Positions 9,463 to 18,794 of a stretch of 64,000 nt of DNA are shown in pieces (position 1 is the first letter of the stretch; the number at the start of each line of letters is the position of its first letter). Below the pieces are notes generated by a model that made no database searches, was not told the DNA's origin, and was given only the letters and a program-made list of their open reading frames with translations. Origin of the DNA: Candidatus Latescibacterota bacterium (GTDB lineage Bacteria; Latescibacterota; UBA2968; GCA-2709665); contig OZ220733.1 of NCBI GenBank assembly GCA_965116875.1, positions 2,656,001 to 2,720,000 on the forward strand, in the 5' to 3' direction. Made by a program: the position numbers and the translations under genes.

Positions 9463-10656
9463 TCAGCTGTCAGCGCTCAGCGCGTCTTGCGCGGCCCTCA
9501 CGCCCGCTCCGGCTTCGAATTCCCATCCGCTCTCCCGGAGACCGAACTCAAGCGCCGAAACTGCCTCCAGAGTCCCGGCGTCGTTCACGTGACCCAGGTT
9601 GGAGATCCGCACCATGCGGCCCCGGTAATCGCCCAGCCCTCCGCCGACCACCACGCCGCGCTCGCGCCGCATCGTTTCCATCAGCTCGAGGCCGTCCACG
9701 CTCCCCGGCAGCAAAATCGCGGTCAGCGCGTTCGAAGGCCGCCGCGCGAAACAGGTCAGTCCCAGCGCTGCCGCGGACGCCCGCACCGCCCGGGCATGCC
9801 GGGCATGCCGCTCCCAGACCTGCGGGAGACCCTCCTCGCGGAGCATCTGAAGCGCGACCTGAAGCCCCGAAAGAAGCGTAACCGGCAACGTGGCCGGCGC
9901 CCTGCCCTCCGCCATCGACCTCCGGTAGCCTGCCAGATCCCAATAGTACTTCGGAAGCCGGGACCGCCCGTGCGCCTTCCATACCCGCGGCCCCACGGCT
10001 GCCATACCCATACCGGGAGGCAGCATCAGCCCCTTCTGGGACGCCGTCACCGCCAGGTCCACGTTCCACGCCTCCGGCGGCAGCGGGTGAGCCGCCACGC
10101 TGGAGACGCCGTCCACGACAAGCAGCGCTCCCGTTTCCCTCACCACCTCGCCGATCGCGGCAACGTCGTGCAGGACGCCTGTCGAGGTCTCGCTGTGTGT
10201 GGCGAATACGACCCGTAAGCCAGGGTCGTCCCGAAGCGCCTCGGCCACGACCTGCGGATCCACCGCTTCACCCCAGGGAAACTCACGTTCGACGACCTCG
10301 ACCCCGTATGCGCGGCAGAGGTCCGTCCACCGCGCGCCGAACTGCCCCGCCTGCACGACCAGGGCCCGGTCCCCGGCGCAGAGGGTATTGGCGACCGCGG
10401 CCTCCATCACGCCCGTACCCGAGCAGGACAGCAGGAATACGTCATAGGACGTGGGAAAGACCTCCTGAAGCCCAAGGACCGCATTTCGAAGCAACTCGGG
10501 AAACTCAGGACCGCGGTGATAGACCGGAGTCCCGGCCATCGCGGCCTGAACTCTTTCAGGAATGGGCGTCGGGCCGGGTGTAAAGAGCCGCTGCCGCCTC
10601 AGACCGTCGGGCGAACCGTGGTTCTCCACAAACGCCGGCCTATTCTTCAACGACAT
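9463..10656 (-). CDS. Class V PLP aminotransferase (alanine-glyoxylate/serine-pyruvate family)
   Basis: LFTPGPT, SGTGVMEAA, HSETSTG, VDGVSS, ASQKGLMLPPG (PLP lysine); GGAGG RBS before ATG 10656. Confidence 0.9.
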   Translation of the reverse strand: MSLKNRPAFVENHGSPDGLRRQRLFTPGPTPIPERVQAAMAGTPVYHRGPEFPELLRNAVLGLQEVFPTSYDVFLLSCSGTGVMEAAVANTLCAGDRALVVQAGQFGARWTDLCRAYGVEVVEREFPWGEAVDPQVVAEALRDDPGLRVVFATHSETSTGVLHDVAAIGEVVRETGALLVVDGVSSVAAHPLPPEAWNVDLAVTASQKGLMLPPGMGMAAVGPRVWKAHGRSRLPKYYWDLAGYRRSMAEGRAPATLPVTLLSGLQVALQMLREEGLPQVWERHARHARAVRASAAALGLTCFARRPSNALTAILLPGSVDGLELMETMRRERGVVVGGGLGDYRGRMVRISNLGHVNDAGTLEAVSALEFGLRESGWEFEAGAGVRAAQDALSADS

Positions 10657-11227
10657 TCCGGATCCACCTCCAGACAGCCTGTCTGCCCAGACCGGATACC
10701 GCCGAAAACGGTACGAGGTCGAATTCACCCACCCCGGAAAGCAGGTCCCGCGTACGGTCCAGCCGCGATTTCTGCCGGCTTCCCGGAATCTTGTCAGCCT
10801 TGGTGGCAATCACCAGAAACGGACGGTCGAATTGCATGAGCCATGCCGCCAGCTCCACGTCGCTGCCCGTTGGATCGTGCCGGGCATCCATGAGATGCAA
10901 TATGCCGCGCAATGAGGTCCGCGTATCCAGATAGCCGTTGATCAGTCCGGCCCACTGCCGGCGCTCCTGCAGCCCCCGCTTTGCGTAACCATAACCGGGC
11001 AGATCCACGAAATGCAGCGCCCCGTTGACACGGTAGTAGTTCAGGGTACGCGTCTTGCCCGGCGTCTTGCTGGTGCCCGCCAGTTGTCTGCGGTTCAGCA
11101 GCCGGTTGAGCAGGGAGGATTTCCCCACGTTCGAACGGCCGGCAAAGGCGATTTCCGGCAGTCCCTCCATCGGAAGTCGGTCCGGATGGGCGACGCTGGT
11201 CACAAAATCGGCGGTACGGATGTGCAT
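10640..11227 (-). CDS. engB: Ribosome biogenesis GTPase YihA/YsxC
   Basis: GRSNVGKSS, DLPGYGYA, TKADK; follows clpX as commonly seen. Confidence 0.95.
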   Translation of the reverse strand: MHIRTADFVTSVAHPDRLPMEGLPEIAFAGRSNVGKSSLLNRLLNRRQLAGTSKTPGKTRTLNYYRVNGALHFVDLPGYGYAKRGLQERRQWAGLINGYLDTRTSLRGILHLMDARHDPTGSDVELAAWLMQFDRPFLVIATKADKIPGSRQKSRLDRTRDLLSGVGEFDLVPFSAVSGLGRQAVWRWIRNVVEE

Positions 11228-11320
11228 AACGGGTATCCGGGGACGGCTTCATTGCCGGACACATAGAAAACCGGGGCAATGGACCCCGGTTCCGAAGGTA
11301 AACGAACGGTGAAACCGCGA

Positions 11321-12562
11321 CTACGCGCTCTTTTTCTCTTCAATGTGAAGCCGGGGTTTGGACCTGCCGGCCACCATCTCCTTCGTGACCGAAACCCGCT
11401 TGCGATCCGGGGAGGAAGGGAGGTCGTACATCAGATCGATCATGATGTCCTCCAGAACCGATCGCAACCCCCTGGCGCCCGTTCCCTTCTGGACGGTTCG
11501 CCGCACCACCTCGTTCAGGGCGCCGTCTTCGAATTCGAGATCCGCGCCATCCATTTCGAACAGTTTCCGATACTGCTTGGTGATCGCATTCTTCGGCTCG
11601 GTCAGAATCTTGTACAATGCATTCTCATCGAGATCGCTGAGGGAACACGTTATGGGCAGCCTGCCGACCAGCTCGGGAATCAGGCCGTACCTGATGAGGT
11701 CCTCCGGCTCCACCTCGGCAAAGAACGTGCCCGCGCTCCGTTTTTCCCCGGGGCTGTCCTTCGCGCCGAAACCGATGGTCTTTTCACCGATCCGGTTGCT
11801 GATAATCTCCTCCAGGCCGTCGAATGCTCCGCCGCATATGAACAGAATATTCCGTGTATTCACCTGGATCAGGGGCTGCTCGGGATGTTTCCGTCCTCCC
11901 TTCGGCGGTATGCTGGCGACGGTGCCCTCGAGGATCTTCAACAGGGCCTGCTGCACGCCTTCCCCGGATACGTCGCGGGTAATCGACGGATTGGCCGCCT
12001 TTCTCGAAATCTTGTCGACTTCGTCCAGGTAGAGAATGCCCATTTCCGCCTGGGCCACGTCGTAGTCGGCCGCCTGCAGCAGGCGGACCAGGATATTCTC
12101 AACGTCTTCGCCCACGTATCCCGCTTCGGTGAGAATGGTCGCGTCCGCGATGGAGAAGGGAACGTCCAGGATGCGCGCGAGCGTCTGGGCAAGGAGGGTC
12201 TTCCCGGTTCCCGTGGGCCCGACGAGCAGTATGTTGCTCTTTTCGAGCTCAACGTCGTCCGTGGTGACGCGGGACCGGATCCTCTTGTAGTGATTGTAAA
12301 CCGCGACGGATAGCGTGCGCTTGGCCGCCTCCTGCCCGATCACGTATTCGTCGAGCCGCGTTTTGATGGTCGCGGGTTTGGGCAGCTTCTGCCTGGGCGA
12401 AGCCGGCTTCTGCCTGGCGTCCTCCTGCAGCACTTCGTTGCACAGCTTGACGCAGTCGCTGCAAATGTGGACCGAAGTCCCCGTAATGATCTTTTCGACC
12501 TGGTCGTTGCCCTTGTCGCAGAAAGAACACCGCACATCGGCTCGTGAAGTTCGTCTCTTCAT
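11321..12562 (-). CDS. clpX: ATP-dependent Clp protease ATP-binding subunit
   Basis: CSFC...ICSDC zinc finger, [21 protein letters not shown] loop. Confidence 0.97.
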   Translation of the reverse strand: MKRRTSRADVRCSFCDKGNDQVEKIITGTSVHICSDCVKLCNEVLQEDARQKPASPRQKLPKPATIKTRLDEYVIGQEAAKRTLSVAVYNHYKRIRSRVTTDDVELEKSNILLVGPTGTGKTLLAQTLARILDVPFSIADATILTEAGYVGEDVENILVRLLQAADYDVAQAEMGILYLDEVDKISRKAANPSITRDVSGEGVQQALLKILEGTVASIPPKGGRKHPEQPLIQVNTRNILFICGGAFDGLEEIISNRIGEKTIGFGAKDSPGEKRSAGTFFAEVEPEDLIRYGLIPELVGRLPITCSLSDLDENALYKILTEPKNAITKQYRKLFEMDGADLEFEDGALNEVVRRTVQKGTGARGLRSVLEDIMIDLMYDLPSSPDRKRVSVTKEMVAGRSKPRLHIEEKKSA

Positions 12563-12624
12563 ACATTTACCCAAGATAACGCAATCGTGGATGTCTGAAG
12601 TTCTTGTCGCCGCGCAGCCGCCGT

Positions 12625-13239
12625 TTACTCATCGTCGTCGATCACGAGACTGTCTTCCTTGCTTGGCGCCAGCACCTCATCGATCACACCGTACTCCACG
12701 GCCTCGCCGGCGGACATGAAGAAATCCCGGTCGGCATCCTTGGCGACCCGCTCGATCGGCTGCCGGGTCTGTTCCGCCAGGATCTCGTTCAGCCGGTCCC
12801 GCCACTGGAGGATTTCCCTGGCGTGGCGTTCCACGTCCGAAGCCTGTCCGCCCGCGCCGCCCATGGGCTGATGGACCAGGATCCTGGAATTCGGGAGGGC
12901 GCGCCGCTGTCCCCTGGTGCCTCCGGCGAGGAGTACGGCGGCGATGCTGAATGCCTGTCCGACGCACACGGTTTCAACTTCGTTGGGCACGTACTGCATG
13001 GTATCGTATATGGCCAGCCCGGCCGTTATGCTGCCGCCGGGCGAATTGATATACAGCCGAATGGTCTTTTCCGGCGATTCCGAACTGCAGAACAGCATCT
13101 GTGCAATGACCAGGTTTGCAATGGTGTCGTTAATTGGAAACCCGATGAAAATGATATTGTCCCTCAAGAGACGGGAGAAGATGTCGTAGGACCGTTCACC
13201 GAGCCCCGTCTTCTCCAATACCATGGGTACAAGTGCCAT
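12625..13239 (-). CDS. clpP: ATP-dependent Clp protease proteolytic subunit
   Basis: [31 protein letters not shown]. Confidence 0.95.
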   Translation of the reverse strand: MALVPMVLEKTGLGERSYDIFSRLLRDNIIFIGFPINDTIANLVIAQMLFCSSESPEKTIRLYINSPGGSITAGLAIYDTMQYVPNEVETVCVGQAFSIAAVLLAGGTRGQRRALPNSRILVHQPMGGAGGQASDVERHAREILQWRDRLNEILAEQTRQPIERVAKDADRDFFMSAGEAVEYGVIDEVLAPSKEDSLVIDDDE

Positions 13240-13291
13240 AGGCGTCTGTTCTCCCTCCCTCTCCTTGCCGGAATCCAAACGATGGGTCGTC

Positions 13292-14587
13292 CTATTTCGC
13301 CTCGACGTCTTCGATTTCCGCGTGTTCGATCAGTAGATCGAACGTTTTCTCCGTCAGCAGGTTGGACTCGATTCGTTCGATCTGGTCCGAACGCTTGAGA
13401 ATCTGGCGGAGTTGCTCGCGTTCCGTGTTGTATCGACGCGACATAACGTCGAGTTGGCGGTCCAGGTCCGCCGCTTCCACCACCAGATCTTCCTGCTTCT
13501 GAATTGCCTCCAATAATAGATGACGCTTCAACCCGCGAATGGTGCCCTCCCGGCTTTCACGGCGGATCGCCTCTTCATCTATATCTTGGTCGTGCCCCTC
13601 GTGTTCCCTCTTCTGATTCTCCACCAGCGTGTCGAGCGCGTTCTCGATCATGGTCTCAGGGAGATCGAACGCGTTCTTTCGAATCAGCTCGTCGACGATG
13701 TGGCCCTCGAGGTAGCGACGCGAGGCGAAGTCTGCCTGCGCCTGCAGATCCGTACGGATCTGGGTTCTGAATTCATCCAGGGACTCGAACTGACCCTGGT
13801 CCCGGGCGAACTCGTCGTCCAGTTCCGGCAGCGTGCGTTCCCGGATCTCCCTGGCGGAGAACATCATGCGGATCTCACGGCCCGCCTGGTGTTGCGCGCC
13901 GCCGGCATGGGCTTCGTGTTCGTCTCCCTCCGCATGCGTCAGCAGAATCTGCCGGGTTTCGCCCGTTGAAATGCCCACCAGCTGGTTGTCGAGGTCGTGG
14001 TTGGCGTTGCTCCCGCCAATATGAAACGGGCGTTCTTCCTGTTTGCGGCCGATAATCGGCAGTCCGTTCTCATCCAGTTCCTGCAGATCCGCAACGACAA
14101 CGTCGCCCGATTCGGCGGGCCGGTCGACTTCCTGCTCCGTGGCGCTCTGTTCCCGGACGCGCTGGAGTTGCTCTTCGATATCGGCGTCGGCGACTTCGAA
14201 CACCGGGCGGGTGGTTTTCAGACCCCGGTAATCCTGTACGACGATATCCGGCTTGACATCCACGGAAGCCGTAAACTTCAGCGGCTCTCCCTCTTCGTAA
14301 TTCACGTCTTCGATGGTGGCTTCCGAGATCGGAGTCAACCCCTCCGATTTGCTGGCCTCGCGGTAGTACTCCTGCATCACGTCCTGCAGGACCTCGCCCT
14401 GGATCGCCTTGCCGAACCGCTTTTTGACCAGGCTCACAGGTATCTTTCCCCTGCGAAAGCCCGGCAGGTTCAACGATTTGCTATAGTTTTTGTATGCGGT
14501 CTCGAATCGCCGGCGCACGTCTTCGTCCGGAACCTCGATCACCAGCGTCCTGTGCCACGTATCCGACTCTGAAACGGTCACCTTCAT
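13292..14587 (-). CDS. tig: Trigger factor
   Basis: PGFRRGKIP ribosome-binding motif, LPELDDEFA; tig-clpP-clpX synteny. Confidence 0.93.
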   Translation of the reverse strand: MKVTVSESDTWHRTLVIEVPDEDVRRRFETAYKNYSKSLNLPGFRRGKIPVSLVKKRFGKAIQGEVLQDVMQEYYREASKSEGLTPISEATIEDVNYEEGEPLKFTASVDVKPDIVVQDYRGLKTTRPVFEVADADIEEQLQRVREQSATEQEVDRPAESGDVVVADLQELDENGLPIIGRKQEERPFHIGGSNANHDLDNQLVGISTGETRQILLTHAEGDEHEAHAGGAQHQAGREIRMMFSAREIRERTLPELDDEFARDQGQFESLDEFRTQIRTDLQAQADFASRRYLEGHIVDELIRKNAFDLPETMIENALDTLVENQKREHEGHDQDIDEEAIRRESREGTIRGLKRHLLLEAIQKQEDLVVEAADLDRQLDVMSRRYNTEREQLRQILKRSDQIERIESNLLTEKTFDLLIEHAEIEDVEAK

Positions 14588-14727
14588 GACGTACGGCATC
14601 CTTCCGGCACTTCTGCAGCGTTTCAAGGACGATCCAAGCGGGAATGATAAGCAAATGCGGCGGAATTGTCAATCCGTTTACCGCAACTCCGACGCTGCGA
14701 ATGACAGAACCCGTTCACACTGCCGCG

Positions 14728-14760
14728 AAAAAAAATCCGGACACAACTTCTGCCCGGATC
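14728..14760 (-). terminator. Rho-independent terminator of the radical SAM gene
   Basis: Minus strand ATCCGGGCA-GAAGTTG-TGTCCGGAT followed by a T run, about 25 nt after the stop at 14786. Confidence 0.8.
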
Positions 14761-14785
14761 TGTTCGACGTCTGTGGGCGGTCCGC

Positions 14786-16723
14786 TCAGGAGGCCACCGG
14801 CTCTTGTACGTCCGGCGCCGCAACGATCTTTCGAATGGTATCCTTCTCGGAGCCGCAGCAACCGTTGTCTTTCGGACTGTCGTTGATGAGGGGAAGTTCG
14901 AGTTCGCCGTTTTCCGTCTCCCGGACCCGCAGTGTGTGTTCCGCTCCCGGCAGCGGCATGTCGCGGTTGCCCGCGTAAATGGGGTGCCGGCCCTTCGTCT
15001 TGAACCAGTCCGCCGTTGTGGCGGTCATATGCATATTCTCTATAATCTGACGCCATCCGACCCCCGTGTTGTACGCGCAGAAGGAGATTTCACCCTCCTG
15101 GGTACCGTACGGGATCACGCACATTTCAGTCCGGCGGAAGTCGTAGGTCCACAGGTCCTGGAACCACATTCCGCCGACCCACATGATGCGCCACTGCCTG
15201 TCGTCCGGCCTCGGTCCGCCGCTGATGGAACCCCCCACCCTGCGGTCCAGTATGCGTGCCAGATCCTGAATGCCGAACCCGGCCGGCGCCTTCCGCGGAT
15301 TGAAATTCCGAAGCAGCGACATGCCCACCTGCAGCTTGATCCATCCGGGGTCCCGCGCGGTGTCCGTCATCACCTCGATGTCCTTCATGAACTGTTCCTG
15401 GTTGAAGAACTCGGTAATGGACGCCCACTGCCTGGTCTTCTCGTTCACGACAATATGGACGGCGGAACCGCAGTTGGGATGACAGGAGCAGGTTTGTCCC
15501 CCGAACTCGACGTCCTGCCCGCGCAGATGGTCGGCCAGCGTGGTAAACAGCGTCCCCGATCCCAGCGGGTACCAGTCCCGATGGGCGTCGATCTTCCCGC
15601 CCGACCACGAATGGAGATCGTGGGCGAGGTGGGAAATGGTGTAGCGCTGCCGATGCCGCATCTCGTCGGTGATGTCCTCGTCGCGCCCGGTAAACGACAC
15701 GGGCTGGAAGGAAATCGAACCGACTTTGTCGCTGTTATCGATGCAGAACTGGAGAATCGGCCCTACCTGATCGTTGTTGATGGAGTTTAAAACGGTCGTG
15801 ACCGGGGTGATATCGACACCGGCGCGGGAGAGGTTCTCCATGGCCAGCAACTTGGCGTCGAACAGATTGGAAATGTGCCGGTGCTGATTGGCCTCATTGG
15901 TTACGCCGTCGAACTGCAGGTACGCCATGTCGAATCCGGCCGCCTTCGCCTCGAACGCGAAATCCGGTTCTTCGGCGAAGCGAAGCCCGTTGGTGGCGGC
16001 CTGAACGCACCAGTAGCCGACCTCTTTGGCATACCGGCACGCATCCAGAAAATGAGGCGAAATCGTGGGTTCTCCGCCCGAAAACTGTACCGACATCTGC
16101 CGGCGCGGTTTGAAGGAAATCGAAGCGTCCAGGATCCGCTTAATGTCGTCCATCGTCAGTTCGTGGACGTAACCGACCTGGTTCGCGTCCATGAAACAGG
16201 GATTGCACATCATGTTGCAACGGTTGGTCAGGTCGATCGTCAGCACCGCCCCCCGCCCGTATTTGATGCTGGACGTACCGTGGCGGTGTACGTGCTCGTC
16301 TCCCCATGTGCTGTAATCACGCCCCGGAAACCGGTTTTCTATCAGGTGCGTAAATTCCGGATCGATTGAGAGCACGTCCTCATACGGGCCATGGACCGAA
16401 CACGTCTTCCGCATCAGAACGCACCCGTTTTCCTCGAGGATCTGCGCCTTGATCTCCCCGGGATTGCCGTGTACGAGTTCTCCAATGTCCCGCGTGCCTT
16501 CGATGATGGCGGACCGAACCTCCTTCACGCAATCGGGACACAGCGAATCGGTTTCACGCGGAAACCCGAGCGTGGGCATGGATCGCTGGTAACTCTTCAA
16601 AAGCGGCGCCGACGCCCATGCAGGCTGGAATGGCTGACCCTCGGGGAGCCTGGTATTCACGCTCTGGAAGACATTCCAGGCGACGTTGGCGGCTCCCGAA
16701 ACGACTTGGTCGCGAAAACTCAT
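14786..16723 (-). CDS. Radical SAM protein, tetraether lipid synthase (Tes/GDGT-MAS, MJ0619-like) family homologue
   Basis: TDSLCPDC...KTCSVHG, IDLTNRCNMMCNPCFMDAN, QFSGGEPT, YLQFDG, CSCHPNCG, MWFQD, CVIPY...SFCAYN. Confidence 0.82.
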   Translation of the reverse strand: MSFRDQVVSGAANVAWNVFQSVNTRLPEGQPFQPAWASAPLLKSYQRSMPTLGFPRETDSLCPDCVKEVRSAIIEGTRDIGELVHGNPGEIKAQILEENGCVLMRKTCSVHGPYEDVLSIDPEFTHLIENRFPGRDYSTWGDEHVHRHGTSSIKYGRGAVLTIDLTNRCNMMCNPCFMDANQVGYVHELTMDDIKRILDASISFKPRRQMSVQFSGGEPTISPHFLDACRYAKEVGYWCVQAATNGLRFAEEPDFAFEAKAAGFDMAYLQFDGVTNEANQHRHISNLFDAKLLAMENLSRAGVDITPVTTVLNSINNDQVGPILQFCIDNSDKVGSISFQPVSFTGRDEDITDEMRHRQRYTISHLAHDLHSWSGGKIDAHRDWYPLGSGTLFTTLADHLRGQDVEFGGQTCSCHPNCGSAVHIVVNEKTRQWASITEFFNQEQFMKDIEVMTDTARDPGWIKLQVGMSLLRNFNPRKAPAGFGIQDLARILDRRVGGSISGGPRPDDRQWRIMWVGGMWFQDLWTYDFRRTEMCVIPYGTQEGEISFCAYNTGVGWRQIIENMHMTATTADWFKTKGRHPIYAGNRDMPLPGAEHTLRVRETENGELELPLINDSPKDNGCCGSEKDTIRKIVAAPDVQEPVAS

Positions 16724-16866
16724 CTGGAGGTCCCTTCAAAATGGTCCAAACGAAACCGTTACCACATTGTGTAACGTAAAGTTACGGCAATACCGGATGG
16801 CCAATGCGAGAGGCAAAGAGAATATAAACAAAAACGTATCGCCGTCAAGCGCTTCGTGTTCAGTAG

Positions 16867-17646
16867 TTACACTCGTTGCCGCATAATTCGTTTCATGTTT
16901 TCACCGAAGATTCCCTTGCGCTGCCGCGCCGTGATCGCCGCTCCCAGCACCTTGCCCACACCGTCCTCCATCGACACATCCGTCGCAAACAGCACGCGGG
17001 CCGCACCCAACTCGCGCACGGCCATCTCGATGAACCCGTCGTCGTTCAGACTTCCGCTGGTGTCCACGTAGACGTTCGGGACATCCCGCAGTGTCTTGAT
17101 CGCCCACTCCCAGTCTCCCACGATCGGATGCCCCTCTATTATGGTAACTTCCGGATACTGTCGCGCCAGCCGGGCAAAGTCCGCGCTGTCCGATCGGTAG
17201 GTCTGCCACGGCCGGCCGGACACCGGCGTCTGCTTTCCCCCGTGGTGGAGAATCGGCACGCCCAGATCGATGCACCGCTCCACAATAGGCAACACCAGGG
17301 GGTCCCAGCACCTGCACTGGTTATAGAGCTTCACGCCTATCATACCGTGCTGTAGAATACACCGGTCGATTTCATCCTTCGCTTCGTCCTGGAACCGGGG
17401 ATCCAGAAATACATACCCCAGAATGCGATCGGGAAACCGCCGCATTGCGTGCAGGACGCTGTCGTTCACCTCCCGCATGCCGTCCGGCCGGGGGTTTTCC
17501 AATCCCTGTATCGGTATCGAACAGCAAAGCTGATCGATCTCCAGCCGGTCCGCGGCATCGATCACCACCCTGTCGTCGGTCCATTTGCCCCGCCAGCCCA
17601 CGGACGCGAGATTACCGGCGACGTGCATATGCGCATCGATCCGCAT
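16867..17646 (-). CDS. Amidohydrolase family protein (Amidohydro_2)
   Basis: IDAHMH, GVKL, PILHH, VYVDTSG, RVLFATD. Confidence 0.88.
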   Translation of the reverse strand: MRIDAHMHVAGNLASVGWRGKWTDDRVVIDAADRLEIDQLCCSIPIQGLENPRPDGMREVNDSVLHAMRRFPDRILGYVFLDPRFQDEAKDEIDRCILQHGMIGVKLYNQCRCWDPLVLPIVERCIDLGVPILHHGGKQTPVSGRPWQTYRSDSADFARLARQYPEVTIIEGHPIVGDWEWAIKTLRDVPNVYVDTSGSLNDDGFIEMAVRELGAARVLFATDVSMEDGVGKVLGAAITARQRKGIFGENMKRIMRQRV

Positions 17647-17861
17647 GCCTGCTGTTCCTGTTCGAATGACCCTGCCGCAAGACCTTGACGCTCCGATTTC
17701 CAATCCCTATTATGCCTCACGCGGGACGGATAAACAAGTGATTTTCGCGTGATTACAGTTTCGACCGGAACAGCGTGCTACCCGGCGCGGCTGACGCCGA
17801 ACACCCCAACGCGGGCGCGCCCGTGCGGATGCGCCCCGTATTTCAGAACAGGAGAGTTCCC

Positions 17862-18764
17862 ATGCGGCGGTTTACCCGAAAACCGTATCTGACAGGGTCC
17901 GAAGCCGTCGAACGCGGCCAGGTTCGCGGCACGATCGAGCTCGGCGAGACGCTCGTCATCGAGACACCCGGCGGCGCCGACGGCGACCTGAAGCCCGGCG
18001 TGATTCCCGAAACCACCACGCCGCGAGGCTCCCGCCAGGGAGGACCGTTTCTCATTGATGGCATCGAACCCGGCGACTGGGTTTCCATAGAAGTCATCGA
18101 TATCGAGGTGGGTCCCTACGGGTATTACAACAACGGCGGACCGTTTCGAGGCAGCCTGCGTTCGGTCGCTCCTGTCAGGGACGGCCTCCTGCACTTCCCT
18201 CCGGACTTCGTGGTCCCCATCCGCCCGATGATCGGCGTGATGCAACTGGCGCCCGTATCCTCGGATACGGGTCCCTGGAACCACGGCGGCAACATGGACT
18301 TCAATTCCATCTGTCCGGGCAGCATCGTGCATATCCGCTCGCAGCGATACGGCGGTCACTTCTACGTGGGCGACGTCCACGCCCGCATGGGCGACGGCGA
18401 ACTCACCGGCACCGGCGTGGAGATCGATTCCGCGCTCACGCTGCGCTTCGATCGCTCGCCGGGTTTTCCCGCGGGCGGCCCGGTTGTGGAAACCGCCGAC
18501 GAGATCCTCACCAGCGGTATGGGCGCGAACTGGGAAGAGGCGTTGAAAATCGCCTGGACGGACATGGTCGGACTCATCGCGGACCGTTACGATACCACGG
18601 TGGAACATGCCAACCTGATCGTGGGTACGATTGGCGACGCGCGGCCGGGGTACGCCGCGGGCCAACTGAATACCCGGGGCTTCAGGAAAGAAAACGCGTA
18701 CGTCACCTGCCAGATCGGCATCACGAAAGACCTGAACAGGACCGGGCGCCCGTTCCGGCCGTAA
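17862..18764 (+). CDS. Acetamidase/formamidase family protein
   Basis: PIRPMIGV, HGGNMD, GDVHARMGDGE; AGGAG RBS before ATG 17862. Confidence 0.88.
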   Translation: MRRFTRKPYLTGSEAVERGQVRGTIELGETLVIETPGGADGDLKPGVIPETTTPRGSRQGGPFLIDGIEPGDWVSIEVIDIEVGPYGYYNNGGPFRGSLRSVAPVRDGLLHFPPDFVVPIRPMIGVMQLAPVSSDTGPWNHGGNMDFNSICPGSIVHIRSQRYGGHFYVGDVHARMGDGELTGTGVEIDSALTLRFDRSPGFPAGGPVVETADEILTSGMGANWEEALKIAWTDMVGLIADRYDTTVEHANLIVGTIGDARPGYAAGQLNTRGFRKENAYVTCQIGITKDLNRTGRPFRP

Positions 18765-18794
18765 TTGACGTCTTCCTCTTCGAGAGGGCACCTC

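Noticed and set aside
10657-10809. N-terminal extension of the aminotransferase
   Set aside because: Overlaps engB; a strong RBS supports ATG 10656.
12940-12960. ClpP GQAFSIA instead of GQAASMG, suggesting an inactive ClpR
   Set aside because: Catalytic Ser, His (HQP) and Asp (DRD) are all retained.
14600-14727. tRNA-Leu often found upstream of tig
   Set aside because: No cloverleaf, T-loop or CCA pattern is visible.
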